A stretch of DNA of 61,875 nt from a virus. A program made the translations under genes and the position numbers. Location: UHGV virus genome UHGV-0856201; one strand, given 5' to 3'. Under the pieces are notes generated by a model that was not told where the DNA came from, searched no databases, and saw only the letters and a list, made by a program, of their open reading frames with translations. Position 1 is the stretch's first letter; each line of letters opens with the position of its first letter. Shown here in pieces: positions 8,674 to 18,278 of this stretch.

Positions 8674-9189
8674 ATGGATCCGAACATCAGAGTTGCTACA
8701 GACGAATTCATTCGTCGCGCCCGTAAAATTCACGGTGATCGTTACGACTACTCATTCAGCATTGTTGAAGATAGTTCCAGCACCGTGGTTATTATTGATC
8801 GTGAAACTAACACAGTGTTCTTTCAGGTCGTCTCTGAACATCTGGACGGTGTTGAACCAGTAACCACTGCTGTTGAACCAGTAACCACTGCTGTTGAACC
8901 AGTAACCACTGCTGTTGAACCAGTAACGACTACTGTTGAACCAGTAACGACTACTGTTGAACCGGTAACGACTGCTGTTGAACCAGTAACCACTGCTGTT
9001 GAACCAGTAACGACTACTGTTGAACCGGTAACGACTGCTGTTGAACCGGTAACGACTGCTGTTGAACCGATCAAGAATCTTTCTGAGATATTCGGTAACG
9101 TTGTAAACAGCGTGTATCACCAGTGCAATTATTCATCTGAAATGTTAGAATTTAGTCATGTTAAAACAATACGAGGACAATCCCCGTGA
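8674..9189 (+). CDS. repeat-containing protein (VEPVTTA x ~10)
   Basis: N-terminal FIRRARKIHGDRYDYS shared with T5orf172 paralogs; central 21-bp in-frame tandem repeats. Confidence 0.5.
   Translation: MDPNIRVATDEFIRRARKIHGDRYDYSFSIVEDSSSTVVIIDRETNTVFFQVVSEHLDGVEPVTTAVEPVTTAVEPVTTAVEPVTTTVEPVTTTVEPVTTAVEPVTTAVEPVTTTVEPVTTAVEPVTTAVEPIKNLSEIFGNVVNSVYHQCNYSSEMLEFSHVKTIRGQSP
8851..9070 (+). repeat. 21-bp tandem repeat (~10 units) inside CDS
   Basis: gttgaaccagtaac(c/g)act(g/a)ct repeated head to tail. Confidence 0.9.
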
Positions 9190-9596
9190 TTAACGTAAAA
9201 GTTAATAAGGTTGACAACTCACTACGTATGGTATTCGGTTGGGGTAGCATCTGTAAAAAACGTAATCAGGAGACAGGCCAGTTAGAAATTTACACAGACA
9301 CGGATAACGAGCAATTTCCCGAGGATGTCACTCTGAAAGCATGGTTGGACTTCATGAATTCTGATCAGCGCATTATGGATAATATGCACAATGAACAACC
9401 TGTTGGGAAAGTTGTGTTTGCGTTTCCGATGACTGAAGACATTGCGGCAAGTTTTGGGCTGGTTGATAAACTGGATCAGACAGGCGTCATTGTTGGTACG
9501 TTGATAACTGATGACGAAGTTTTGAAAAAGTTTCAGACTGGTGAATATACGGGATATAGTATCGGTGGGACTGCATATTATGAGGATGTGGAATAA
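9186..9596 (+). CDS. putative prohead protease
   Basis: 136 aa; position before scaffold/capsid genes; weak resemblance to XkdF-like proteases. Confidence 0.35.
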   Translation: MINVKVNKVDNSLRMVFGWGSICKKRNQETGQLEIYTDTDNEQFPEDVTLKAWLDFMNSDQRIMDNMHNEQPVGKVVFAFPMTEDIAASFGLVDKLDQTGVIVGTLITDDEVLKKFQTGEYTGYSIGGTAYYEDVE

Positions 9597-10861
9597 TGCG
9601 TACAGATGGTACTAATCATTTACGCCGCGCTAAATCGATGAAGATCGGTTTTCTGTCCGGCGTGACAAAACCTGCTCACGAGGGAGCAAATGCTCTTGTT
9701 CTTAAATCACATTCAGAACCGCCTGCTGTTGTTCTTTTAAAGTCAACATTTAGTGCAGCACTGGCTGAAAAAGAACTTGAACAGAAAGTTCGCGATTTCC
9801 TCTCTAATTCGTGGATGTTGAACGATGCGCTTTATGAAGCAGCAGAGGATATTGCAAAAGATGATTCTATTACCGATAAACAAGCAGCATTGCGTGACGC
9901 GGTAAATGAATATATTATAACGTTGCAACAGGCCGCTGGTATTTCGATGAATAAAGCGAAAGGTGGTAAAACTGAAGACGGTGAAGTTTTCCCGGCATCT
10001 GATTATGCATATGTACCAGATCCAGAAAAACCTTCAACCTGGAAACTTCGTTTAACAGCCACCCCTGGCGGTGAACCTGATGCGCGTATTGTAGGCGCTG
10101 CACTTGCTGCATTAGGTCCGGGTTATCGCGGTAACAAAGTTGAAATCCCTGAAGCCGATTTAGCAGGTGTGAAAAACAAAGTCCGATCCGCGTGGAAAAA
10201 ATTACACCCGGACCAGGAAGTACCTCAAGTTTTAAAAACGGCAGAGGAAATCGAAATGTCCGAACTGGAACTGGAAAAATACAAAGCCCTGGCTGAGATG
10301 AACGACGTCCATAAGGCGTATCATAATTCTCTGCCTGAATCTGATCAGGAAGCATTCCGTAAAATGGATGCGACTGCTCGCGATGTCCTCGTGACGATGG
10401 CTAAACAGGCTGATGAATCGTTTACCACGATTGCGGGTCAGGTTGTTCAGAAATCTGTAGCTGGTCCGATGTATGACGTTCTGAAATCTCAGGACGAACA
10501 ACTTCGCAAAGCACAGACTGAAGCGGCACTGGCGAAAGCTAAAGAAACCGTGAACGCTGATTTCGCACACATTCCGGGTGAAATGGTACAGAAAACCCAG
10601 ATGGTCATGACTCTTGAGCGTTTGCCGGAAGCGGATCGTAACTTCCTGGTTGAAAAACTCAAACAGGCCGATGAACTCTGGAAAGCACGTAAAGAGCCAG
10701 CAGCGCCGAATGGCAGTGGTAAAGGTTCCAGTGCACTGGAAGACATGATCAACGAATGGCTGAAAGCAAATCCGGGTAAAACACGCACCCAGGCTATGCA
10801 GGCAGTTTCTGCAACTAAAAAAGGTCAGGAAGCAATCGAAGCGATGCGAGGTGACGAATAA
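9596..10861 (+). CDS. putative scaffolding protein
   Basis: 421 aa, A/E/K-rich and coiled-coil-like; upstream of decoration and major capsid genes. Confidence 0.45.
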   Translation: MRTDGTNHLRRAKSMKIGFLSGVTKPAHEGANALVLKSHSEPPAVVLLKSTFSAALAEKELEQKVRDFLSNSWMLNDALYEAAEDIAKDDSITDKQAALRDAVNEYIITLQQAAGISMNKAKGGKTEDGEVFPASDYAYVPDPEKPSTWKLRLTATPGGEPDARIVGAALAALGPGYRGNKVEIPEADLAGVKNKVRSAWKKLHPDQEVPQVLKTAEEIEMSELELEKYKALAEMNDVHKAYHNSLPESDQEAFRKMDATARDVLVTMAKQADESFTTIAGQVVQKSVAGPMYDVLKSQDEQLRKAQTEAALAKAKETVNADFAHIPGEMVQKTQMVMTLERLPEADRNFLVEKLKQADELWKARKEPAAPNGSGKGSSALEDMINEWLKANPGKTRTQAMQAVSATKKGQEAIEAMRGDE

Positions 10862-11271
10862 TGGCTAAGAACAGCAAAATCTACTGGAACTATGAGCGCC
10901 CGACCCGTGCCGTTGCATCGGTGGCTATTTCGGCAGGTGTTGGTCTTGTTCTGGATACCAGTTTAGGTGACACTAATCAGTGTGTACCTAAATACAAACT
11001 CCCAACAGCTGGCGGTCGCATCGACGGTGTAGCTGTTGACGATGCCACTGCTGGTGTATTCTTCGACCTGGTAAACGAAAAAGAAAAATTTGTACCAGTA
11101 AAAGCATCTGCAGCGTTCGGTACAGGTGTCGAACTTGCTGTTGGTGCTGACGGACGATTCCAGACCGCTACTGCTGAACAACTGGTCGTGGCTATTTCTC
11201 AAACTGGTGCCACTGCTGAAAACCAGGTAGCTACCGCATTACTTATTGCACCGTATTCTAAAGGAGCATAA
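10861..11271 (+). CDS. putative head decoration protein
   Basis: 136 aa Gly/Ala/Val-rich; between scaffold and major capsid, as for lambda D. Confidence 0.4.
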   Translation: MAKNSKIYWNYERPTRAVASVAISAGVGLVLDTSLGDTNQCVPKYKLPTAGGRIDGVAVDDATAGVFFDLVNEKEKFVPVKASAAFGTGVELAVGADGRFQTATAEQLVVAISQTGATAENQVATALLIAPYSKGA

Positions 11272-11274
11272 CCG

Positions 11275-12294
11275 ATGAGTTACAAACAGAATTTTCGCGA
11301 CGTTGGCGCACCAGATACATTCCTGTCTAACTTTTCTGTAAGTTACTGGCAGGATACGTCACTGTTTGTCGGTACTCGTTATTTCCCGGTAGTTCCTGTT
11401 AACCAGGCTGCTGGTAAATTCCTGACTTACCCGAAAGGTTATTTCGGTCGTCCGGTTAACTCCAAACGTGCCGAAGATGGTGTTGCTAATACTATTGGTT
11501 ACAAAACCAAAAACCAGGGTTACACCGTTGATGACGATGCGATCCGCATCTTTATTTCTGACAAAAAACGTGCAAACGTTCAAAATGGTCAGCAACTGGA
11601 TATGGAAGCGTCAGCAGTAACCACAGATGCGTTGCTGATCAACAAAGAAGTGGATTTTGCTGAAAAATTCCTGACCGCTGGTAAATGGGGTCTTGATTTC
11701 AAGGGTAAAGACGCGTCTCCGTCCACGGGCGAATTCCTGAAATGGTCTAATGCGAATGCCGATCCGATTGGTGATATCCTGTCACGTCGTGTTGCGTTCT
11801 CTCTGGCATCCGGTGGTCGTCGCTGGAACAAAGCGCTGATGACGCTGGACGTGTATGACGCACTGACCCGTAGCCCGGCTGTTATTGACCGCATTAACGG
11901 TGGTTCTACCACTCAGAATCCGGGGATCGTGACTAAACAGGCACTGGCTGCACTGCTGGAAGTTGACGAATTGGAAATCATGCAGTCCGTGGTCAACATG
12001 GCTGCTGATGGCGTTGAAGACAGTAACGGCAATCCGCTGTCAGACTTCCAGTTTGCTAAAACTGGTGTACTGATGCTCAACTATGTTGAACCGACTGTTG
12101 GCAATATGAAACCTGTTGCGGCTGCGGGCTTCGTGTGGAACGAGTTCATCGGTCTGGGCGTTAACAACGGTCCGTCTATCCGTACCTATCCGGGTGTCGA
12201 AGGCCGTCGTGGTAATTTCGTTGAAGCGGAATTTGCCATTGATGTTCAGATGGTTGCACCTGACCTGGGCGTTCTGTTCTACGACGCGGTTTAA
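11275..12294 (+). CDS. major capsid protein
   Basis: 339 aa; gene order protease-scaffold-decoration-capsid; followed by terminator. Confidence 0.65.
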   Translation: MSYKQNFRDVGAPDTFLSNFSVSYWQDTSLFVGTRYFPVVPVNQAAGKFLTYPKGYFGRPVNSKRAEDGVANTIGYKTKNQGYTVDDDAIRIFISDKKRANVQNGQQLDMEASAVTTDALLINKEVDFAEKFLTAGKWGLDFKGKDASPSTGEFLKWSNANADPIGDILSRRVAFSLASGGRRWNKALMTLDVYDALTRSPAVIDRINGGSTTQNPGIVTKQALAALLEVDELEIMQSVVNMAADGVEDSNGNPLSDFQFAKTGVLMLNYVEPTVGNMKPVAAAGFVWNEFIGLGVNNGPSIRTYPGVEGRRGNFVEAEFAIDVQMVAPDLGVLFYDAV

Positions 12295-12313
12295 TAACAA
12301 CTGTGGTATCATT

Positions 12314-12341
12314 AAGGGGTGGCTTATGCTGCCCCTTTTTT
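12314..12341 (+). terminator. putative rho-independent terminator after capsid gene
   Basis: aagggg...cccctt stem followed by T-run. Confidence 0.5.
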
Positions 12342-12356
12342 CATGAGGTTAAAATC

Positions 12357-12710
12357 ATGCGTAATTCATATGATCCGTCACTGAAATATGTTTTCACCCG
12401 TCCGATACTGTGGAACGGTAAACAGATGTCCGCTGGCGATAAAGTATCAACATCAAAAGCTACCCCGGCTGTTTTAAATGCCCTTGTGCGTATGCGCCAC
12501 ATTGAACCAGCTACTGCGACTGTTGAAGAACCAGTGATTGTAGCAACCGAAGAATCGGCATCAACCACATCTGCTGAAATCCGACGTGACGCGCCAAAAA
12601 CCTATAACGTTTATGTTATGGGTATGCCGATGAATTCAGAATCGTTTAGTAGTAAAAGTGCCGCTGCTGAATGGTGTGAATCACAAGGCTTGACATATAA
12701 CTATTCTTGA
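12357..12710 (+). CDS. hypothetical protein
   Basis: ATG at 12357 with RBS gaggt; 117 aa. Confidence 0.45.
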   Translation: MRNSYDPSLKYVFTRPILWNGKQMSAGDKVSTSKATPAVLNALVRMRHIEPATATVEEPVIVATEESASTTSAEIRRDAPKTYNVYVMGMPMNSESFSSKSAAAEWCESQGLTYNYS

Positions 12711-13392
12711 CCTATTGTTAGTTGTAGATAGTTTTCGTGGCGACTTTGCGGACTTTTTAGAAACTGACCACAAAGATAAATGCAAACGAAGAACGTTTTC
12801 TGATGGCGGCGTAATAGCCTGTAAGTCAGCAAGGTCTTCCGATTCCTTGTAAATAAATTCGGCGCACTGGCCCGGTGTGATTAATAATGGGCACCCACGA
12901 ATGAGAGTACTGTGATTGATCGTCGTTCTTGCGCGCAAAGTCTGCTCGAAGACAGTATTCTCATTCGTGGGTAACAACGGGCATATCGCCTTAGTAAATC
13001 CCTCAAGGGTGCGGCGAATAATCCGGTAATGTCGTTGCCGTAAGCCACACGAAACGTGGCACACAACAGGTAAGAGCATTGGGTAATGTAAAGCTGTGCT
13101 GCGACGATTACCATACATCTCAGTGCTCTTATCGTTGTGGTGAATTGCAGTTCTCAGAAACAACCAGAAGATAAGCGCCTGGCACTGCAACCAAACACTC
13201 GCTGATAAGGAGGTGATCCTTATCTTGCTGGCGGGAAAGCCGCAAATCGTGGGTAAAGCATGTTGTGAAACATCCTGAACTGCGTGTCGTTTTACATAAC
13301 TGGTTATTCACGTGTCACGCATAGGGGTATGTTGGGACGTCAGGTGTGGATGACCAGTTATGTAAAACCCTCATTATCACCCAGAGCCATTT
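12711..13392. other. long non-coding structured region inside structural module
   Basis: No convincing ORF on either strand; 19-bp inverted repeat 12894-12912/12952-12970; hairpin gataagga-ggtga-tccttatc. Confidence 0.4.
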
Positions 13393-13418
13393 GCCGTCTG
13401 TTTAAGACGGCTTTTTTT
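13393..13418 (+). terminator. rho-independent terminator
   Basis: gccgtctgtttaagacggc followed by TTTTTTT. Confidence 0.65.
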
Positions 13419-13457
13419 CGTGCTAATATAACGAAAACATTTCTCACAGGTGATCAC

Positions 13458-13868
13458 ATGGCTATTACAGTTGAAGGTATTCGTTATTTGATCAGTGTCC
13501 CTGATGTTACTGATGAACAAATTCAGTGGTACATTGACAACGGTTATACAAATCCTCTCAGTATTTGCGTCGCTCTCTGTGATTATATGGCGTCTATTGC
13601 CAGCAACGATACTGACATTAAAGTAGGTCCGATCTCACTCAGCAGTAGTCAGTCAGCAGACGCCTGGAATAAACTTAAAAAAGATTTTATTTTACGTATT
13701 AATACTGGCGCTGATTCAGGTGGCGGTTTGTTAGGTGGTTTTATGGGTGTCGGTGGAGCTACATTAACTGGCGCTGGTATGCAACCTGCTATTCAGCGTG
13801 GTCAGTTCGACAACCCACCTGTAACACTTGAAAGCGGTGGTCGTGCACTTAACGAAGGTGAACGGTGA
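13458..13868 (+). CDS. hypothetical structural protein (head-tail region)
   Basis: ATG 13458 after terminator; 136 aa, Gly-rich C-terminus. Confidence 0.4.
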   Translation: MAITVEGIRYLISVPDVTDEQIQWYIDNGYTNPLSICVALCDYMASIASNDTDIKVGPISLSSSQSADAWNKLKKDFILRINTGADSGGGLLGGFMGVGGATLTGAGMQPAIQRGQFDNPPVTLESGGRALNEGER

Positions 13869-14242
13869 TGACAGACAAACGTCAAAGTGTCCTGAATGGT
13901 GTTACTCGTGCACTTGCTGAAGTAGGTGAGGATTTGACGGTAAAACGTGTGACAACAGTTCCCAACCCGTCTAATCCTACATTACCGGGTACAACCGTTA
14001 CTGAATCACACACCTGCCGTGGTTATATTTACCCATTAGAAAAGTGGGATCCGACTACTATGACCCGAATAGCCACAACGATGGTAATTATGGATAGTCA
14101 GAGTTTTGAACCACGATTTGTTCCTGATCGGGGTGATGTTGTGGTTGATGAACGTGGTAAAGAATATCGCCTTCTTGATCGTCAAAACCCACGATTGTTA
14201 GGGGATGATATGGCATTTATTCACCCTGTTGGAGCGGTATAA
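13865..14242 (+). CDS. hypothetical structural protein (head-tail region)
   Basis: 125 aa; ATGA overlap with upstream gene. Confidence 0.4.
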   Translation: MMTDKRQSVLNGVTRALAEVGEDLTVKRVTTVPNPSNPTLPGTTVTESHTCRGYIYPLEKWDPTTMTRIATTMVIMDSQSFEPRFVPDRGDVVVDERGKEYRLLDRQNPRLLGDDMAFIHPVGAV

Positions 14243-15214
14243 CTATAACATCCGTATCAGAGTGGTTATATTTGGATTCCATTTTAACCACTCTGTACAA
14301 CCATCGAACCCTGTTAATCCTGCAGATTCAAAATGAGAATGAAAATCTTTTTCAAGTGAACGAATGGTTGCCCCGTGTCCATTCAATTTTTCTATTACTT
14401 GAAAATCAAATGGTGTTTTTCTACGAAGTGTATTAATTCTTTGCTCTACACAATTACTGATACCTATTTTAACGTAACGACCGCATGTGGACCGCAAGAC
14501 ATAAAGTGTTGCATACTTACCAGCTTTAAACCCTGTTTTACTACAGTTTGGACAACCTTTTTGTTTACTAAGAAAAGAATTAATTGTTGTAACAAAATCA
14601 CCATGCGTTGAACACTTTAATGATATTTTAGATTTCCATGTCGGATGTTCGTCGAATATCTTATTAAAAAACAACCCTGTTTCTTTACATCTATTTGTTA
14701 TTTCAATTTCTCGTTCTTGTTTAGTTTTCTGTCTATTCGTTATACACAATGGACAATCAACAGATGTAAAGATTAGTCTATTGACTGTTGTCTCCCATCC
14801 ACCATGATCAATACAGCTCAGCAAACAAACAGAATTTCCATTTTGAAAATTAGTTTTAAATTTAATAAACTTTGATTTAGAATCTGTTAAACTGTTTTTA
14901 ATCTGTGCAATTCTTAACCCTTTTGTGGTTCGTGTTCCACCACAGATTGGACAACCAGAACCATTCAAAAAATGATAACATTTAGTGTCCCATTCCCCGT
15001 GTGTAACACAAGATAAAATAATTCGTGATTCTTTGTTTTTAAACCCGTCTTTCCATTTTATAAATTTGTAATTTTTTGATTGACAAATATCTTTTATGTT
15101 ATGCTCTAGTTGTTCTTTGGTTAGTCTTTTACCGCCCATTTTTCTACCTTTAGGTTTGTCAATGACTAGCAAAATCAATGATATAAATCGTATTACTGGA
15201 GTGTTTAAAGACAT
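14243..15214 (-). CDS. T5orf172-domain protein with Zn-ribbon repeats, paralog 2
   Basis: C-terminus nearly identical to paralog 1 (GFDGCTEWLKWNPNITTLIR); repeated C..HGxW..C modules. Confidence 0.65.
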   Translation of the reverse strand: MSLNTPVIRFISLILLVIDKPKGRKMGGKRLTKEQLEHNIKDICQSKNYKFIKWKDGFKNKESRIILSCVTHGEWDTKCYHFLNGSGCPICGGTRTTKGLRIAQIKNSLTDSKSKFIKFKTNFQNGNSVCLLSCIDHGGWETTVNRLIFTSVDCPLCITNRQKTKQEREIEITNRCKETGLFFNKIFDEHPTWKSKISLKCSTHGDFVTTINSFLSKQKGCPNCSKTGFKAGKYATLYVLRSTCGRYVKIGISNCVEQRINTLRRKTPFDFQVIEKLNGHGATIRSLEKDFHSHFESAGLTGFDGCTEWLKWNPNITTLIRML

Positions 15215-15590
15215 AAAAGCCGACTTACAAGATTTTACGGATCGTCAAGTCATTAGATATGTTTTAACACTACGTAACATACTCATAAGTGAGCCTCCTG
15301 ATGGTACACCAATATTGAGTGGCTGGGCAAGCAACAACTGGTGGTTCGATCAGGGGCAACCCGCTAATAGTCCTGATACACCAACAGGTAATGTTGAAGC
15401 CAGTAAAGCACGTATCGAACAGGATACGGTCACTATCAGCAGTATTAAAGTTAATGGTCAGGAACTGCATATTACTAACAACGTTCCTTACATTGGGGTT
15501 CTCAATGGTGGTAGCAGTACACAGACACCTTCCGGGTTTGTCGAACGTGCTATATTAAAAGCCGGAATAATGGTGAGGTTTAATCAGTGA
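15162..15590 (+). CDS. putative neck / tail-completion protein
   Basis: Start at internal Met 15162 (MTSKINDINR); position between head and tail genes. Confidence 0.35.
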   Translation: MTSKINDINRITGVFKDIKADLQDFTDRQVIRYVLTLRNILISEPPDGTPILSGWASNNWWFDQGQPANSPDTPTGNVEASKARIEQDTVTISSIKVNGQELHITNNVPYIGVLNGGSSTQTPSGFVERAILKAGIMVRFNQ

Positions 15591-16012
15591 TGACACTCTC
15601 AGATGTTTCAGGAATTGTTTATAATCGCGTTCTGGCGAATCTCCCCGTGGAAATTACGCCTGACAGATTTACAATCGCTTCTGGTCAACTTCCTGACGAC
15701 ACTACAGAAAAACCAGGTCTGATTCTGACACACAATCCCGGTCCGTGGACAATAACCACGCTGGGTGGGGAAGGTGTTTGTCGCCGTCGTTTAAGAACAG
15801 GAAACGTTTTTTTACAGGTACGCACACCTGCTCAGTATGGTATGGACACTTTGAGTATTGATATTGCGGATCGGCTTGCAAAATTATTTGAAGGTGTCTG
15901 GCAGGATCGCCCGTTAATTTACACGAGTGTTGATATTCGTCATCAGGGTCGTGATAACGCGTGGTTTTTAACGAACGTCGTACTTAGTTACGAATACGAA
16001 GAAATATATTAA
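15587..16012 (+). CDS. putative tail-completion protein
   Basis: 141 aa; coupled to upstream gene; precedes major tail gene. Confidence 0.35.
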   Translation: MMTLSDVSGIVYNRVLANLPVEITPDRFTIASGQLPDDTTEKPGLILTHNPGPWTITTLGGEGVCRRRLRTGNVFLQVRTPAQYGMDTLSIDIADRLAKLFEGVWQDRPLIYTSVDIRHQGRDNAWFLTNVVLSYEYEEIY

Positions 16013-16048
16013 ACTACGAATGATTGCAATCAAACGAGGCTTAGAACA

Positions 16049-17506
16049 ATGGCTGAATCAATTTTTAAATGTTCGCAAACACCTGCGGCTGATGTAAACG
16101 CAACACGACTCAGTGTAGCAAAAGTCTGTGAACCTGTTTCTGGTACACCCTGGACGGTTCAACAACCGAATGAAATCAGTTCTTACAGTGCTGATATTAC
16201 AAAGACTCAGCGTACACCGATCAGTACGGACCGATCTGCACGTAAAGGCACGGTAACTAACGTTGAAGTTGCACCGGGCTTTCAGACAGACCTGACACTT
16301 GATGCGTTCCGCTACTGGGGTGACGGATTCCTTTATAGTAAATGGGTCGGTGCTGGTGCAATTGATATCGACGTTACCAGTGTTGACGCTGACGCTTATA
16401 ACGTTACTACTCTTGATGCGGCATTACCTGAAGGTGCTCTTGTTTATGCGACAGGTTTTACACTGGCTGCAAACAACGGTTTGAAAACTGTAGGTACTGA
16501 TAGTACCACTACTGCTATCAACGTGTCAGGGCTTAGTGCCGAAGCGTCACCGCCTGCTGAAGCTCGTTTATATCTCGTGGGGTATGCTGCAGCGTCTGGT
16601 GACATCGCTGTTAACAGTAATGGTCAGTTGACGTCTACCACCCTGGATTTTTCCACACTGGGTTTAGTACCGGGACAGTATATTTATATTGATGGTCTAA
16701 CACAGTCTGTAACCAGTAAAATGGCCCGTGTGACTATGGTTGGCGATCATGTTCTGACTCTCGCTAACAGTGAATTCACCACTGAAGAAGGTACGGGTAA
16801 AACTGTACGTTTATTTGTTTCCAGTTTTGTTCGAAACGTTCCTGTTGACTCTGCAGAGTTCGTTAAAACTGAATACACAATGGAAGCACGTTACAACACG
16901 ACACCTGTCATTTATGAATATGCGCGTGCTGTAGCTGCAAATCAGATGACGATCAACGCGCCGTTGACTGAAAAAATGACAATGGATCTGACGTTTGTCG
17001 CACAAGACTTGTCAGCACCGTCAGAAACCGCGTTACCGGGTTCCGGGTATATTGAATTCGTGGCTAACGAAGCGTACAACACCGTAACGAACCTGAACCG
17101 TGTACGACTGACCGGTATTGATGATAGTGGCCTCAGTACGTTCCTGAAAGACGTTACTGTCACCGTGAATAACAACGTGTCAGGTGAAAACGTGCTGGGC
17201 GTGATGGGTGCTGCGTTTACCAACATCGGTAACCTGGAAATCACGATGGAAACTGAAACGGTGATGACGGACGGTACTGTATTGGCTGCGATCCGTAACA
17301 ACGCGACCGTTAACTTCGAACTTGCTGGGGTAAACGGTGATGGTGCAATCGTGGTTAACATTCCTGCGATGACACTGGGCGACGGTTCTAAGAACCTGGC
17401 AACTGGCGAAAAAGTGAAAGTTACTGTCAGTGGTAACGCTCACGAAGAAGAATCGATCGGCTTTATGATTGGTTTCAGCTTGTTCCCGTACTTGCCTACA
17501 GCATGA
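16049..17506 (+). CDS. major tail protein (large, possibly with Ig-like extension)
   Basis: 485 aa, Thr/Val-rich; directly upstream of G/GT chaperone and tape measure genes. Confidence 0.5.
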   Translation: MAESIFKCSQTPAADVNATRLSVAKVCEPVSGTPWTVQQPNEISSYSADITKTQRTPISTDRSARKGTVTNVEVAPGFQTDLTLDAFRYWGDGFLYSKWVGAGAIDIDVTSVDADAYNVTTLDAALPEGALVYATGFTLAANNGLKTVGTDSTTTAINVSGLSAEASPPAEARLYLVGYAAASGDIAVNSNGQLTSTTLDFSTLGLVPGQYIYIDGLTQSVTSKMARVTMVGDHVLTLANSEFTTEEGTGKTVRLFVSSFVRNVPVDSAEFVKTEYTMEARYNTTPVIYEYARAVAANQMTINAPLTEKMTMDLTFVAQDLSAPSETALPGSGYIEFVANEAYNTVTNLNRVRLTGIDDSGLSTFLKDVTVTVNNNVSGENVLGVMGAAFTNIGNLEITMETETVMTDGTVLAAIRNNATVNFELAGVNGDGAIVVNIPAMTLGDGSKNLATGEKVKVTVSGNAHEEESIGFMIGFSLFPYLPTA

Positions 17507-17526
17507 CATGGTGGTTGGTAGTGGTT

Positions 17527-17549
17527 GCCCGGTTAACGCCGGGCTTTTT
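17527..17549. terminator. bidirectional rho-independent terminator
   Basis: gcccggttaacgccgggc followed by TTTTT. Confidence 0.65.
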
Positions 17550-17550
17550 G

Positions 17551-17718
17551 TTAGCGTTTGGCGAGATAGTCACAACGGGCGATTGCTAAATCTGCAGTCT
17601 TGTACGAAGACTCACTTGTTGAATGGGTTGTTCCAATAACCATTACATGATATCCGTCTTTGTTTTTTAGAACCCAAAACTTACCGTTTTCATGAATAAT
17701 ATTTTTCTCTTTGGTCAT
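17551..17718 (-). CDS. small hypothetical protein (55 aa)
   Basis: MTKEKNIIHENGKFWVLKNKDGYHVMV...; downstream of promoter copy 5. Confidence 0.35.
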   Translation of the reverse strand: MTKEKNIIHENGKFWVLKNKDGYHVMVIGTTHSTSESSYKTADLAIARCDYLAKR

Positions 17719-17739
17719 CGTCTTATCCTCAGTTCGTTT

Positions 17740-17792
17740 CGTTGAGTTAAAGATACCTTAACAGGTGTAATTCGTCAAGAATTATTTTAAAT
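17740..17792 (-). promoter_or_regulatory. conserved phage early promoter (copy 5)
   Basis: ttcgtcaagaattattttaaat; -35 TTGACG 17773-17778 (minus). Confidence 0.6.
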
Positions 17793-17855
17793 ATCTTGCG
17801 TAATTTGTACAGAACTATTACTATCTAATCGTCTACTACATAAAAGGTAAAAACC

Positions 17856-18278
17856 ATGTCAAAGTTTGACCATCTGAAAAAAGCACTTTCTCCATTAGTG
17901 CTGAAGTCTTCTGCTGAACTGATTTTAAATGAAAATTTCAGTATCACCGTGTTGAACCTGAACACCGCTAACCAGGTATATAACGTAACAGTTGCGGACT
18001 ATGTAAAACAGAACGGTGTGTTGTCTGAAAACTTCTTTGAAAAACTGTGGAATCAGGAATATACACCAGAAGGTGTTAAGTTCGTGGCTAACGTTCTTAT
18101 GCTGGACTGGAAACTGATTGGTGAAGATGACAAACCGGAACCATTCAGTGTTGAAGAAGCTATTGAACTGTTAAGTGATGAACGTTTTGGTCAGGTGATC
18201 TACAGCCGTGTTATTCAGTTCGCAATTAATTCCGCATTCTTCCAGGACGAATGGGAGAAACAGATTGAAAAAAACTGA
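17856..18278 (+). CDS. tail assembly chaperone (G-like)
   Basis: 140 aa between major tail and tape measure genes; ends at slippery heptamer A_AAA_AAC. Confidence 0.6.
   Translation: MSKFDHLKKALSPLVLKSSAELILNENFSITVLNLNTANQVYNVTVADYVKQNGVLSENFFEKLWNQEYTPEGVKFVANVLMLDWKLIGEDDKPEPFSVEEAIELLSDERFGQVIYSRVIQFAINSAFFQDEWEKQIEKN

Noticed and set aside
8851-9070. Possible CRISPR array (also 34115-34280 and 46788-46915)
   Set aside because: The repeats are perfect head-to-tail units with no unique spacers and lie in frame within ORFs, encoding Pro/Ala/Val-rich linkers; they are coding tandem repeats.
9743-10788. Antisense ORFs inside the scaffold gene (9743-9928, 9915-10355, 10232-10570, 10489-10788), and similar ones inside major tail, TMP, tailspike and terL
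   Set aside because: They lie opposite strong, well-supported CDSs and lack RBSs; typical shadow ORFs.
13124-13140. Fragment of 16S rRNA (taaggaggtgatcc)
   Set aside because: Only ~14 nt match the complement of the 16S 3' end; this is a Shine-Dalgarno-like sequence within a hairpin, not an rRNA gene.
12681-13190. Minus-strand ORF of 169 aa in the ORF-poor region
   Set aside because: No RBS, Cys/Arg-rich random-looking composition, and it overlaps the 3' end of a plus-strand gene; region treated as non-coding.
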